Source: Nitrososphaerales archaeon (lineage in GTDB: Archaea > Thermoproteota > Nitrososphaeria > Nitrososphaerales > UBA213). Taken from it: a stretch of 64,000 bases of DNA. The translations under genes and the position numbers were made by a program. Each line of letters starts with the position of its first letter. Position 1 is the first letter of the stretch. Shown piece by piece: positions 1-10,178 of this stretch. The notes beneath the pieces are model-generated. The model did not search any database, was not told where the DNA came from, and worked only from the letters and a program-made list of their open reading frames with translations. The DNA lies in assembly GCA_965197925.1 (NCBI GenBank), contig CBDAOC010000017.1, forward strand, positions 96,001 through 160,000, read 5' to 3'.

Positions 1-558
1 ACCAAACGTCACATGCTTGTTGATAGAAGAGGAGTACCTCTCATCTGTAATTACTGAAGCAAACAAGCACGATATGAAATCAGCCTTTCCTACAATAGAT
101 AGCATTGTTGTTGATAGGCCCAAAGTTAAACAGAACATATGCATGAATAGGATATGATTTCCCTGAGATAGAGTATGGAGTTAGGAAGGGGATATGTAGA
201 TCACATTCATCGTAAAGGTGAAGTGTTGAAAAAGAATTTATACAAAGCAAAGAGATGGGTTGTAGAAAGAACCGCATCTTGGCATAACAGGTTCAGAAAG
301 TTATTGGTAAGGTTCGAGAAGAGAGAGGAAAATTATCAGGCGCTAGTAGAATTTGCTGACTGCCTGATAGTGTACAGAGCGATATATTGGTAGTGTCATA
401 AACACGTTAATGCAACTGTTTCTAGTATCTACTATCTACAATACTAATAAAATCAATAGTAAGAAAACTAAACCTGACAGTTTGAACTAATATTCTTGCA
501 TTCTAAATGTTATCATTTCTACCAATCATTAACTATCAGCTAGAATTTTAGGATAGGC
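1..558 (+). mobile_element. IS5-family element type A, right part (window-truncated), defective transposase ORF B
   Basis: Near-identical to 23216-23778. It ends in the right IR AATTTTAGGATAGGC (2 bp shorter than in other copies) followed by TAAG. RWVVERTASW motif. Confidence 0.9.
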
Positions 559-1556
559 TAAGTCGGCTTTTCAACAAATATTCCCCGCGGCCTGTACAGT
601 AATACCACCAGTAGTATGACGCCAAGCAGCAAATAATCAAGCCAGATAACATCAAAGGGAATAAAGCCTTCCAGAGAATCCTTAAAGAATATGATGAATT
701 TTCGTAGTAGCACAAAAATCAGTGTTCCAATTAAGACACCCTTATTGTTTGCAAGTCCACCAATTAGGATCATCAAAAACGGCCAAAACGTCCAGCTGAC
801 CCTATCGTATGCAAACGCTATGGTTCCCCCCACATAAAATGCATACAGTGCACCGCCAATGGCGGCAAGTGCGGCGGAGATCATTATTACCTTGATTCTA
901 ACATACGTAGTGTTTTTGCCAAGGGATTCGGCTGCTACCTCGTTGTCACGTACTGCCCTGAGCAGGCGCCCAAGCGGCGAGCGCATCATCTTTTCACTGT
1001 ACACAAAGACTGCAGCTGCAATCAGCACCAGCCCGATTGTAGCTATCGTAAAGCGCATCCCATCGGGAAGAAATGACAGTGGGTCTGGCACCTGGACGCC
1101 CAGTGTTCCACCAACCAATGGCGTAAAGTTGTTTCCAATTATGCGGATGCTCTCACCAAATGCAAGCAGCGTAATTGCCAGATAGTCACCGCGTAGTCTT
1201 ATTGCAGGATATGATGTCAGCAGTCCCAGTCCGCCGCCAATTCCTGCGGCAATGCCCAACGTCAAAAAAAAGATGGCAAAGCCAATGCCGACATTGTCAA
1301 CGAGCCACAAGTTGATCTCAGATACAATGGCCAGATTATTTCTAATGTAATCACCCTCGATTCCTGCAATGCCTGCAAAAATTCTGCCCGGTACGACAGC
1401 TGCTACAAATGCACCTATTCCTACTGCCAGCACCTTGCCAAAGTTTGGTATCCCAGTATATCCAAACTCCATGTTCAAGCTGAGATTAACTATAACGTAT
1501 ATTGCAAATATTGCGAGCAGATCCACAATGAAGATTGTTTCAGCTTCTAGAACCAT
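558..1556 (-). CDS. livM: Branched-chain amino acid ABC transporter permease (LivM-like)
   Basis: LSLNMEFGYTGIPNFG, RLRGDYLAITLLAFGE and GRLLRAVRDNEVAAESLG motifs. Confidence 0.9.
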   Translation of the reverse strand: MVLEAETIFIVDLLAIFAIYVIVNLSLNMEFGYTGIPNFGKVLAVGIGAFVAAVVPGRIFAGIAGIEGDYIRNNLAIVSEINLWLVDNVGIGFAIFFLTLGIAAGIGGGLGLLTSYPAIRLRGDYLAITLLAFGESIRIIGNNFTPLVGGTLGVQVPDPLSFLPDGMRFTIATIGLVLIAAAVFVYSEKMMRSPLGRLLRAVRDNEVAAESLGKNTTYVRIKVIMISAALAAIGGALYAFYVGGTIAFAYDRVSWTFWPFLMILIGGLANNKGVLIGTLIFVLLRKFIIFFKDSLEGFIPFDVIWLDYLLLGVILLVVLLYRPRGIFVEKPT

Positions 1557-2466
1557 GTCTCCTCAACCTTCCCCAGTTAATTCCTGCCAGACCGCGTGGA
1601 GCCAAAAGCAAAGTAATTACAATAAACACGAGCGGTATTAGCGGACGATATGCAATAAGCCAAGAGCCAAACTCGCCTGCCAAAAATCTGGTTCCCAAAA
1701 CCTCGCTTAATCCCACCAACAAGCCGCCAGCTATTGCGCCATAAATACTCAGAAAGCCGCCTGCAATGCTTGCTGCAAACACACTTGGTATCAGAAATGT
1801 CCCCAGGTTTGGGTCTCCCTGAAACCACAACGACATCAGTGCACCTGCAATTCCTGCAAGTCCCCCGCCCAACATCCACGATACACCATAGATGAGTTTT
1901 ACATTCACCCCGACTGTCTGTGCCAGATCAGAGTTTGTAGTAGCTGCCCGCATTGCAGTGCCAAACTTTGTCTGCTTTAGCATGATATGCAGTATTATGG
2001 CCAAAATTCCAACGGTCAGCGGCGCTGCAACTACTATTAGTGGCAGTCCCATAAATTCAGCATCATAGCTCCGCAGTGTAAACTCTCTTGATGTAATCTG
2101 GTATGTCCTTATGATAAGATCTGCAAAAATATTCAATACTGCAATAACTATCAAGTCAAAGGCAAGCGTTGCAATCATTTGTATTGCCTGTGATGCGCCC
2201 TTTCTAATCAGCGGCTTTAGGATAAAGATGTATAGTGCAACTGCCACCATGCCAGAAATTACAAACGTTATCGGAATGGCAGCATACGGACTGGTATTCC
2301 AGATTCTGGTTGTAACCAGTGCAATATATACGCCAATTGTGGCAAAAGATGCATGGGCAAAATTAGGCACTCTGGTCGTAAGGTATGTAAGTGTAAGACC
2401 GATGCTTAGCAGTGTCAACAAACTTGCAAATATTATTGCATCAGAAAATATGGGATCATACGTCAT
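1540..2466 (-). CDS. livH: Branched-chain amino acid ABC transporter permease (LivH-like)
   Basis: GLTLTYLTTRVPNFAH and TKFGTAMRA motifs. Start placed at MTYDP. Confidence 0.9.
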   Translation of the reverse strand: MTYDPIFSDAIIFASLLTLLSIGLTLTYLTTRVPNFAHASFATIGVYIALVTTRIWNTSPYAAIPITFVISGMVAVALYIFILKPLIRKGASQAIQMIATLAFDLIVIAVLNIFADLIIRTYQITSREFTLRSYDAEFMGLPLIVVAAPLTVGILAIILHIMLKQTKFGTAMRAATTNSDLAQTVGVNVKLIYGVSWMLGGGLAGIAGALMSLWFQGDPNLGTFLIPSVFAASIAGGFLSIYGAIAGGLLVGLSEVLGTRFLAGEFGSWLIAYRPLIPLVFIVITLLLAPRGLAGINWGRLRRHGSRS

Positions 2467-2521
2467 TTTAATATTTTGAAAAGGCAAACTCTTTATTTAT
2501 TTAACTCTTTTTTACTATCTT

Positions 2522-3274
2522 GTGAGCATATTAACAATATCTAACATTACAAAAAGCTTTGACAACCTTACCGTCTTGGACGGACTAGACATGGACATAC
2601 AACAAGGAAAGATATACCTGCTAATCGGCCCCAATGGAAGCGGCAAGACCACACTGATCAACGTCATATCTGGCATGCTAAGACCAGACGGCGGCAGCAT
2701 AATCTTTGATGGCAAGGACATAACACACAAATCACTATACGACACATTCAGGGCAGGCCTGGTCAGAACCTGGCAGATACCACAGCTGTTTGTCAATCTA
2801 ACTACCATGGAGAATTTTTTAATACCTAGTACAAATGTCGGCGAGTCGTTTGTTTTTGCACTAATAAAATCAAAATGGAAAAAAAATGAAAAAAAGATCA
2901 TAGATGAAGCATTGGAGGTAATGAAGATGGTCAATCTGATAGAGAAGAAAGATATTTCTAGTCAAAACCTCAGCGGAGGCCAGCAAAAACTGCTGGAGTT
3001 AGGCAGGGCAATGATGTCAGGTGCCAAAATGATCCTAATGGATGAGCCAATTGCAGGTGTAAATCCGACGCTGGCACACGATATATTTGAGAATATATCA
3101 AAAATTTGCAAGGAGCAAAAAATCACATTTTTAATTATAGAACACATGCTGGATATTGCACTGCAATATACAGATCATGTCTTTGCAATGAATGCAGGAC
3201 GAATAATTGCAGAAGGTATCTCAGAAGAGATAATAAAACACCCCAAAGTGATAGAATCATATCTAGGAGGATAA
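2522..3274 (+). CDS. livG: ABC transporter ATP-binding protein (LivG-like)
   Basis: Walker A GPNGSGKT, LSGGQ signature, MDEP, C-terminal HPKVIESYLGG. Confidence 0.9.
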   Translation: MSILTISNITKSFDNLTVLDGLDMDIQQGKIYLLIGPNGSGKTTLINVISGMLRPDGGSIIFDGKDITHKSLYDTFRAGLVRTWQIPQLFVNLTTMENFLIPSTNVGESFVFALIKSKWKKNEKKIIDEALEVMKMVNLIEKKDISSQNLSGGQQKLLELGRAMMSGAKMILMDEPIAGVNPTLAHDIFENISKICKEQKITFLIIEHMLDIALQYTDHVFAMNAGRIIAEGISEEIIKHPKVIESYLGG

Positions 3275-3994
3275 ATGTCCCAAACAATAATTTGTGTAGA
3301 CGCATTAAATGCAGGTTATGCAAACAGCCACATACTGTTTGACGTGGATTTTAAGGCAAGGCAAAAAGAGATTACTGTAATAGTAGGACCCAACGGCAGC
3401 GGCAAGAGCACTCTGCTCAAAAGCATCTTTGGTCTATCTACCATATATTCAGGCAGCATTAGCTTTCATCAAAAAAACATTACGGGCCTGGCCCCACACC
3501 AGATAGCACGAAAAAAAATTGCATATTTGCCACAGGTAAACAACGTGTTTGCCAATCTTACTATAAGGGAGAATCTCACCATGGCGAGCTATACCCTGGA
3601 TGCAAAGACTACATCCCAAAGAGTACCGCAGATGTATGAGGCGTTTCCCATACTGGAACAATTGGCAAAGGCAAAGGCAAGTACGCTTAGCGGTGGACAG
3701 CGCCAGATGCTTGGCATGGCCATGGCACTAATAAGACGGTCACAAGTAATGCTCTTCGATGAGCCAACTGCAAGCCTTTCACCCAAGCTGGCAGACGAGG
3801 TATTAGATAAGATCAATCAGATGCGAGATGAATTTGATATTACCGTTATACTGGTTGAACAAAATGTAAAGCGTGCCCTAAAGTTAGGAGACTATGTCTA
3901 TTTGCTGGCAAACGGCAAGAACGTCTTTAAAGGAAAACCGCAAGAATTACTGGTACACCCTGAGCTAAGTAAGCTGTACCTAGGAATCAGTTAG
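3275..3994 (+). CDS. livF: ABC transporter ATP-binding protein (LivF-like)
   Basis: GPNGSGKS, LSGGQRQML, FDEP, LVEQN, YLG end. Confidence 0.9.
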   Translation: MSQTIICVDALNAGYANSHILFDVDFKARQKEITVIVGPNGSGKSTLLKSIFGLSTIYSGSISFHQKNITGLAPHQIARKKIAYLPQVNNVFANLTIRENLTMASYTLDAKTTSQRVPQMYEAFPILEQLAKAKASTLSGGQRQMLGMAMALIRRSQVMLFDEPTASLSPKLADEVLDKINQMRDEFDITVILVEQNVKRALKLGDYVYLLANGKNVFKGKPQELLVHPELSKLYLGIS

Positions 3995-3996
3995 TA

Positions 3997-5256
3997 CTAA
4001 GTTGTCGAATCAGTTAGTACTATATTGTCATCGCTTTGAGTGTATTTTCCCAACAAAATCCATTTATCGCCACGAATTCCCCATATCTCATAATCGGCAT
4101 GATCTAGATCCCCTGCATCATTTAGTCTTGTCACACCAATAGCACCACTATAATTTTCTGCAATCTCAGGTAGTATTTTTTTTATCATATCAACATCGGT
4201 GGACTGGGCTTCAAGTATTGCCAGACCTACAAGCCATACTGCATCATAGGAGGAATGCGTATATGAATTGGGTATTCTACCAAGCGTACTAAATACATAA
4301 TCTTGCACATGCTGGTATACCTCGTTTTGAGATGATGCAACCTGCACCGTAGTAAACTGTACATTTGTAGAAAAATCTAATCCTATTGAATCATCAATTA
4401 GCTTGCTCTCCTTGGTGTTAGCCCCTGGGCCAAACCATTTTACTTTATCTAATACATCGTGCTCCGAAGCTGACTGCATAAATTGTAAAATTTCACCAAA
4501 GCCCAAAAATAAAATAGCTACGTTGTTTTCACCATATTCATCAACGTAACTCTGTACTTCTTGTGCCAACAGTGAAGTTGATACTGAAAACTCGGGGGAC
4601 TCTGGGTTGTAACGAATTCCTTCGCCAACTTGACCTCCACGTCCTTCAAACGAATTAATTGTAGTTTCACTTAGACCGTCACCCCATGTATCTGCCCTAT
4701 ACACAGGAATCATTACTTGTATGCCCTCATGCTCTAATAGCCTGCCAAGTGCAGTGCCTTGTTTGCTATCATCTGGCAACAGACGGTATACACTGTCATT
4801 TGGTATGGCAAGTGAGGGGGCAGTCGAGCAGCAGCTTACAATCAACATGTTGTTTGAATCAGAATAGCCCTTGATGTTTCTGATATTGGCACTGGTCTCA
4901 GGGCCAATTACTATGCTGATTCCTTTGGAATTTAATGTAGTTATCTTTTCTAGTGCAATAACAGGACTTGTAGCAGAGTCTTCTACAACTAGTTTAATGC
5001 TCCATTCTTCCTCAAGTTCGGCCAAATATTCGTTAAAGTCCGCAACACCTAGTTTTGTACCTTCCAGATTTTCTTCACCATGACTGGATAGATCTCCTGT
5101 TAGTGGAAGTATGGCACCAATTTTTATCTCGCCTGATAGCTCCATGGAATCATCTATGCTGGTATCTTGCATGCCTGTATCTAATGTGAGGAAAAGTACA
5201 GTGCTTGGAATTATAATCACCGCTATGATAATTGCTACTTTTACAGTTAATTTCAC
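3997..5256 (-). CDS. ABC transporter substrate-binding protein, Leu/Ile/Val-binding (PBP1) family
   Basis: N-terminal membrane anchor, IKIGAILPLTG and YDAVWLVGLA motifs, adjacent to Liv genes. Confidence 0.85.
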   Translation of the reverse strand: MKLTVKVAIIIAVIIIPSTVLFLTLDTGMQDTSIDDSMELSGEIKIGAILPLTGDLSSHGEENLEGTKLGVADFNEYLAELEEEWSIKLVVEDSATSPVIALEKITTLNSKGISIVIGPETSANIRNIKGYSDSNNMLIVSCCSTAPSLAIPNDSVYRLLPDDSKQGTALGRLLEHEGIQVMIPVYRADTWGDGLSETTINSFEGRGGQVGEGIRYNPESPEFSVSTSLLAQEVQSYVDEYGENNVAILFLGFGEILQFMQSASEHDVLDKVKWFGPGANTKESKLIDDSIGLDFSTNVQFTTVQVASSQNEVYQHVQDYVFSTLGRIPNSYTHSSYDAVWLVGLAILEAQSTDVDMIKKILPEIAENYSGAIGVTRLNDAGDLDHADYEIWGIRGDKWILLGKYTQSDDNIVLTDSTT

Positions 5257-5474
5257 GGACTAAATGGTAAGTAACATATTATTAAATATTCTGTACAAGT
5301 CATTTCAAAGCTATTTAGCGATTAGTGAAACTTCTACGATTGCTCTATCTATTTGTCAGGCATTTTGGTGCATTCATCCAGTGTTGTCCAGCAGCAATAT
5401 GGAATATATGTATACAAGGAAGTATATACTTGGATAAAATCGATATGAATCAAAATCTCAATCAGTTGACAATA

Positions 5475-6506
5475 GACCTATTGCATAATTAGACAATTCT
5501 GTAGCCTGAATCGAAACGATCAGATCAGGGCTTGTATCTATAGGATACGTGCCATTGCTGAACTATACACGCCCCTCCAAAAAGCCATCCTTATTCAAAT
5601 CATTCACCGGACTGGAAGTGGCAGAGTTTGATGCTATCTACAGGGAGATAACATCAAAGTATGAAAGAAGACGGCTGTCCGAAAGGAGAAAAAGAGATTT
5701 CGGTGCCGGAAGGAAATTCAAACTTGAGCTAAAGGACAGGTTCTTGATGCTTCTGGTCTATTACAGGCTATACATAACATACACGCTCTCCTTCCTCTTT
5801 GATCTTGACCAGAGCAATGTGTATAGAGATATACATATGCTGGAATCTCTCGTAAAGAAGTATATCCCATTTCCAAAGAAACTGTATAGCATGTCAAGAA
5901 GAGCCAGAACCATGGAAGAGGTTGAACTATACTTTCCTGGTTTCAGGACATTCATCGATGCTACAGAGCAAGAGATACCCAGACCTAAGAATAAGGGGAG
6001 AAGGAAGAGCTACTCGGGCAAGAGGAAGAGGCATACTGTGAAGATCCAGTACATGGTGAATGGCAATGGCCTGATACTCCATAAGACAGGTCATGAGAGT
6101 TGGGAGGAAACATGATTATTCCATCTATAAGGAGAAACATCCCATAACTCTCATAGGTTGAGAATCATTTCGATTTGGGATACAAGGGAGTCCAGAATGA
6201 CTTTCCTGATATGAGGTGTGTTCTACCAGTAAAGAAGAGGAGAAAGGGAAAGCTATCGAAGAAGGAAAGAAGGCAGAATAGAAGACTTGCAAGGAAGAGG
6301 TTTGTGGTTGAGCATGCAATAAGCAAAGTAAGGAAGTTCAATATAATGGGAACAAGGTTCAGGAATAGGCTAGGTACAATTATGCTTCCGACATTGTTTC
6401 TGGTTTGGTGAACTTCAGAATAATGCGAAGTAAAGGAATGATGTTATGAAGAGCGAGTATCTGGCTGAGGTTAAGGTAGTTACGATTCCTAATTATGCAA
6501 TAGGTC
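5475..6506 (+). mobile_element. IS5-family (ISL2/IS702-like, DDE_Tnp_4) element with frameshifted transposase
   Basis: Perfect IRs GACCTATTGCATAATTAG / CTAATTATGCAATAGGTC flanked by TA. ORF pieces 5549-6115 and 6175-6411 carry FIDATEQ, YSGKRKRHTVK and RFVVEHAI. Confidence 0.9.
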
Positions 6507-6706
6507 TAGTAAATACTCTTTTCAATTTTTCACTAAATGGTTTTTTTGCAGTAATCTCCAGATAGCACTTACCTATCGGTTCGAAAGTCTCGTACAATGC
6601 TTTCTCTATAGGTTCGTAGAAACCAGCTTCACTCTTCCTGGGGAAAGATTTCATCAAGTATCTCCTCATCTTCTAGAAGTTCTTGTTGATTATCATTATT
6701 CTCTCT

Positions 6707-7264
6707 CTATGGAATTGTTTGGGGGTATATCAAAACCTCCTGCAAAGAAATGTTTGTAACACATGCACTGGCAGTACAGCTGCATGAACTTCTTGACAAA
6801 CAGGCAGACAGAAGACGTGATGATCTTTTCAAGATGGTATCTGAAATACATGAGGTAGTTGTGCGGTAAGGAGTCATTTTTCGCTCTTCCTTCATTAGCT
6901 CATCTCCCTGCTTGTTTAGTAGTACTGTACCATCTTTGTTAGAAAGTTCAGTAGTTTGGTGAATTAATTCACCGGCTTCTTTCTTATGTTGTTTCTCCTT
7001 TTGTTTGTATTTATCTGGTAAAACCATTAATATCCATCTTTTAGTTACTAAATCATCTAGGTCATGTACAACATGATTAGCTATAGGTTCAGGTTTAACA
7101 CCGTCTTCGAGTTTCTTAGCGAGTTCTAATACACGATCTTTTTTCTTCTCTAAACCCTCTTGAAGTTCCCCTCTCACATCATCCAATAACTCTTGATAGG
7201 ATTGTTCACTCTTGGTTGTCGTCTCCATGCCTGCGTTGCGGATTCCTGCCTGCATTCCATACAC
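6707..7264 (-). CDS. Hypothetical charged/coiled-coil protein, probably degraded mobile-element gene
   Basis: ORF downstream of the leftward RHH operon. The C-terminal part looks out of frame. Confidence 0.4.
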   Translation of the reverse strand: MYGMQAGIRNAGMETTTKSEQSYQELLDDVRGELQEGLEKKKDRVLELAKKLEDGVKPEPIANHVVHDLDDLVTKRWILMVLPDKYKQKEKQHKKEAGELIHQTTELSNKDGTVLLNKQGDELMKEERKMTPYRTTTSCISDTILKRSSRLLSACLSRSSCSCTASACVTNISLQEVLIYPQTIP

Positions 7265-7374
7265 AAAAATTCACGATCGTCTGGATTCGAGCAATCGCAC
7301 TTCCCTATCGTACTGTGAAAGTTACACCCAATACATCTTATCTTATGCTCATGTATCGATACATTGGTAGTCAT
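7174..7374 (-). CDS. Small Cys-rich (Zn-finger-like) hypothetical protein
   Basis: CxxC, CxC and CxxC motifs. ATGA overlap with the upstream RHH gene. Confidence 0.45.
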   Translation of the reverse strand: MTTNVSIHEHKIRCIGCNFHSTIGKCDCSNPDDREFLCMECRQESATQAWRRQPRVNNPIKSYWMM

Positions 7375-7523
7375 GCTTTGGCCTCCAGTTTGTCTAGTTT
7401 CTCACGTATTATTGAAGAAATAAAATCAGAAATGTTACGATAATTAGATTTTATATTGTTTGTTATTGCTTCTACCTTATCAACTAGTTTTCTTGGTAGT
7501 TATACAGGTCTCCAGTTATTCAT
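7371..7523 (-). pseudogene. Ribbon-helix-helix (CopG/Arc-like) DNA-binding protein with premature stop
   Basis: Hand translation MNNWRPV*LPRKLVDKVEAITNNIKSNYRNISDFISSIIREKLDKLEAKA, paralogous to the N-terminus of 7635-8030. Not in the ORF track. Confidence 0.75.
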
Positions 7524-7634
7524 ATAATATGCATATTACATATACTATTAATGTTTGTAATATAAATATTATAAACCATTTTGTAGCAAATTTGTTATAT
7601 AGGAGTTGAAAAATATTTTTTGTAAGAGTGTATC

Positions 7635-8030
7635 ATGGTAAAAAAAGATAACTTTGGTTGGCGTGCTGTACAGCTACCAAAAGAATTAGTTGATGAAGTA
7701 GCGAAAATGTTGCAAACTGATATAGTAAAAAAACAAGGGATAACAAGTATCAGTCAATTCATTTCAAGAACAGTTAGTAAAGAGTTAGAAAAATTAGAAT
7801 TCAAACGCATGAAGCACGTCAACATGTACGATGACCATGTAAAAATCATGGACAACAAACTTGGTAAATTGGGCAGAATAGTTTCAGTATATTTCAAGAA
7901 AGAAAATAGTCCATGGTGCGACTATTGCGAGGAGCCAGACTGCATCCATGTTCAGTACGCCTGGGAGATTGCAGATGTACGGAAGATTCTGGAAAAATAC
8001 GGATTTAGTCCTCCTCCATCAAGGGTCTAG
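7635..8030 (+). CDS. RHH DNA-binding protein with C-terminal CxxC..CxH (SWIM-like) zinc-binding motif
   Basis: WRAVQLPKELVDEV...SISQFISRTV RHH pattern, and WCDYCEEPDCIHV. Confidence 0.75.
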   Translation: MVKKDNFGWRAVQLPKELVDEVAKMLQTDIVKKQGITSISQFISRTVSKELEKLEFKRMKHVNMYDDHVKIMDNKLGKLGRIVSVYFKKENSPWCDYCEEPDCIHVQYAWEIADVRKILEKYGFSPPPSRV

Positions 8031-8170
8031 ATATTCTTTCCCATTGTTAACACGTTGCTTACAGTAGTACATTAATTGATCAATGTGGGATTTCCCGCTC
8101 ACGGAGTTAAAGTCCGGACCTTGTCAACTAAAATCTTGACTTGAATCGTAAGTCTCTTCATCAAAAGACC

Positions 8171-8929
8171 TTATTTCATGCATACAACTGGTATCGCTTT
8201 TTTTATTGTAGGATATTCGTCATAAGTTCTGCCGTTTATCATTCTGCCACCAGATTTCGGTCTAATGCCACCCCACTGCTTGAAAAATACTTTGACTTTT
8301 TGCTTTCTGCATTGTCGTTTTATTTCCATTATCCATTCTTTTTTAACTGGCCTAAATCCAAAACCACTTTCGCCGCCTATTATCGCCCAATTAATACCAT
8401 CCAGATTTACTTCACCAACAGAACCAAGGAGCGGCTCAAAGCTTATAAATCGGACATCACACTTTACCTTTCTAAGCTCATCTATTCTTCCCACATTATC
8501 TTCGTTTTCAACACTAGTTCCCATCCAGATATGAGCGGGGATTTCCTGATTAAAATACTTGTAAAAGGAATTTGAAAATTCCTCCATCTTCTTCGGGCGT
8601 TTCGTAAGAACTTGATATATGTGCCAATTTGCTTGCATCATAGTATGAAAACATCTATCGATAAATTCCATAGTTGCTTCCTCATGGAAAAGATCAGACA
8701 TGCTGTTTACGAAAATCTTCCTCGGTTTTTTCCAATGCAACGGAAGTTCTAATTCGCCGAGATGTTCGGTAAACTGAAATTCATTCTGATATTTTTTCAA
8801 ACCCATGGCCTTGAGGCGTTTAGACAGGGTCGCAGCATAACAATTCTTGCAACCGGAAGATACTTTTGTACAACCAGTCGTTGGGTTCCATGTAGTTTCG
8901 GTCCATTCTATTCTAGAGCCGTTTGCCAT
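8171..8929 (-). CDS. DUF5131 / phage Gp37-Gp68 family three-Cys-motif protein
   Basis: IEWTETTWNPTTGCTKVSSGCKNCYA, IFVNSMSDLFHE, IIGGESG, FFKQWGG. Confidence 0.92.
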   Translation of the reverse strand: MANGSRIEWTETTWNPTTGCTKVSSGCKNCYAATLSKRLKAMGLKKYQNEFQFTEHLGELELPLHWKKPRKIFVNSMSDLFHEEATMEFIDRCFHTMMQANWHIYQVLTKRPKKMEEFSNSFYKYFNQEIPAHIWMGTSVENEDNVGRIDELRKVKCDVRFISFEPLLGSVGEVNLDGINWAIIGGESGFGFRPVKKEWIMEIKRQCRKQKVKVFFKQWGGIRPKSGGRMINGRTYDEYPTIKKAIPVVCMK

Positions 8930-9070
8930 AAATTATACATGATTGATGCCCATAAGTATTTAATGGACTAGGTCGCTGTTTTTGCTCCTGTGGATCAAAA
9001 AGGATAGAAATTGACTCATTTACGCCTGAAAGGATTGAAGATTAAAAGCAAAAATAGGATATAAGATTGT

Positions 9071-10165
9071 ATGTCTAAACAGTCCACCATCTTGGATATA
9101 GAACCGCATACTCACGCTAAACATCAGATTTTGGAGGAATATTTGAAGGCATGGTTTCCTATCATGTCGAAATGGTCTGGTCGCATAATGTATCTGGACG
9201 GTTTTGCGGGACCAGGAGTGTATTCAAAGGGAGAAGAGTGTTCACCAATAATTTCAATTAGAATTGCCCGGAACCATTTTCTTAAAGACAAATTAGGAGA
9301 GATAATTTTCTGGTTTATTGAAAAAGATGAAAAAAGAGCCAACAAACTCCCAGAGGTTCTTAAAGAAAGATTTCCAGACCTCCCTAAGAATTTCCGATTT
9401 AAGGTTGTAAAGTCAGATTTTGTAACAGTAGTTGAAAAAAACCTTGATGCCTTGGAAAAAGAAGGAGATAAACTCCTTCCAACTTTTGCTTTTATCGATC
9501 CGTTTGGATTTTCTGATTTTCCAATGAGTCTGATATCACGGCTTTTAAGATATGATAAATGTGAAGTGCTAATTACGTTCAGGGCAGGATTTGTCAATCG
9601 ATTTACTAAGCTTCATCAGAACGTGATAGATGATCTTTTTGGGACTCACGAATGGAGTGAGATTAATAAAATGGGTGACCCAGACGGAAGAAGAAACTTC
9701 ATACTGCAATTATATCAGAACCAGCTAACCCGAGCTACAAATGCCAAATTTGTAAAAACATTTGAAATGACAGGAAGAAAGAACCAACTTATTTATTATC
9801 TTATTTTTGCAACTAAACATTTATCAGAGCTGGAAGTTATTAAAGAAATCATGTTTAAAGTTGACAAAAAAGGCACATACAGGTTTTCCGACAGGACAGA
9901 TCCTAAACAGACATTCATTCTTGATTATGAAAATAAAGAACATTGGGTTTCCGAAGCCTCAAAACTTGTTTATACAAAATTTAGAGGTCAACGCGTTTCA
10001 ATAGAGGAAATACGTGAATTTGTTGTAGTCGATACTCCTTACATATTTAGAAAGAAGATTTTACGGCATCTGGAATCTTCTATGCCGTCAAGAATAGTAA
10101 AAGTCGATGGTAGAACAAGACCATCGACATACCCAGATGGGTGTAAAATCACATTTTCCAAATAG
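9071..10165 (+). CDS. tcmP: Three-Cys-motif partner protein TcmP (methyltransferase-like fold)
   Basis: HTHAKHQILEEYLKAW, YLDGFAGPG, FAFIDPFG, YYLIFATKH. Divergent from DUF5131. Confidence 0.88.
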   Translation: MSKQSTILDIEPHTHAKHQILEEYLKAWFPIMSKWSGRIMYLDGFAGPGVYSKGEECSPIISIRIARNHFLKDKLGEIIFWFIEKDEKRANKLPEVLKERFPDLPKNFRFKVVKSDFVTVVEKNLDALEKEGDKLLPTFAFIDPFGFSDFPMSLISRLLRYDKCEVLITFRAGFVNRFTKLHQNVIDDLFGTHEWSEINKMGDPDGRRNFILQLYQNQLTRATNAKFVKTFEMTGRKNQLIYYLIFATKHLSELEVIKEIMFKVDKKGTYRFSDRTDPKQTFILDYENKEHWVSEASKLVYTKFRGQRVSIEEIREFVVVDTPYIFRKKILRHLESSMPSRIVKVDGRTRPSTYPDGCKITFSK

Positions 10166-10178
10166 AATTACAGATTGA

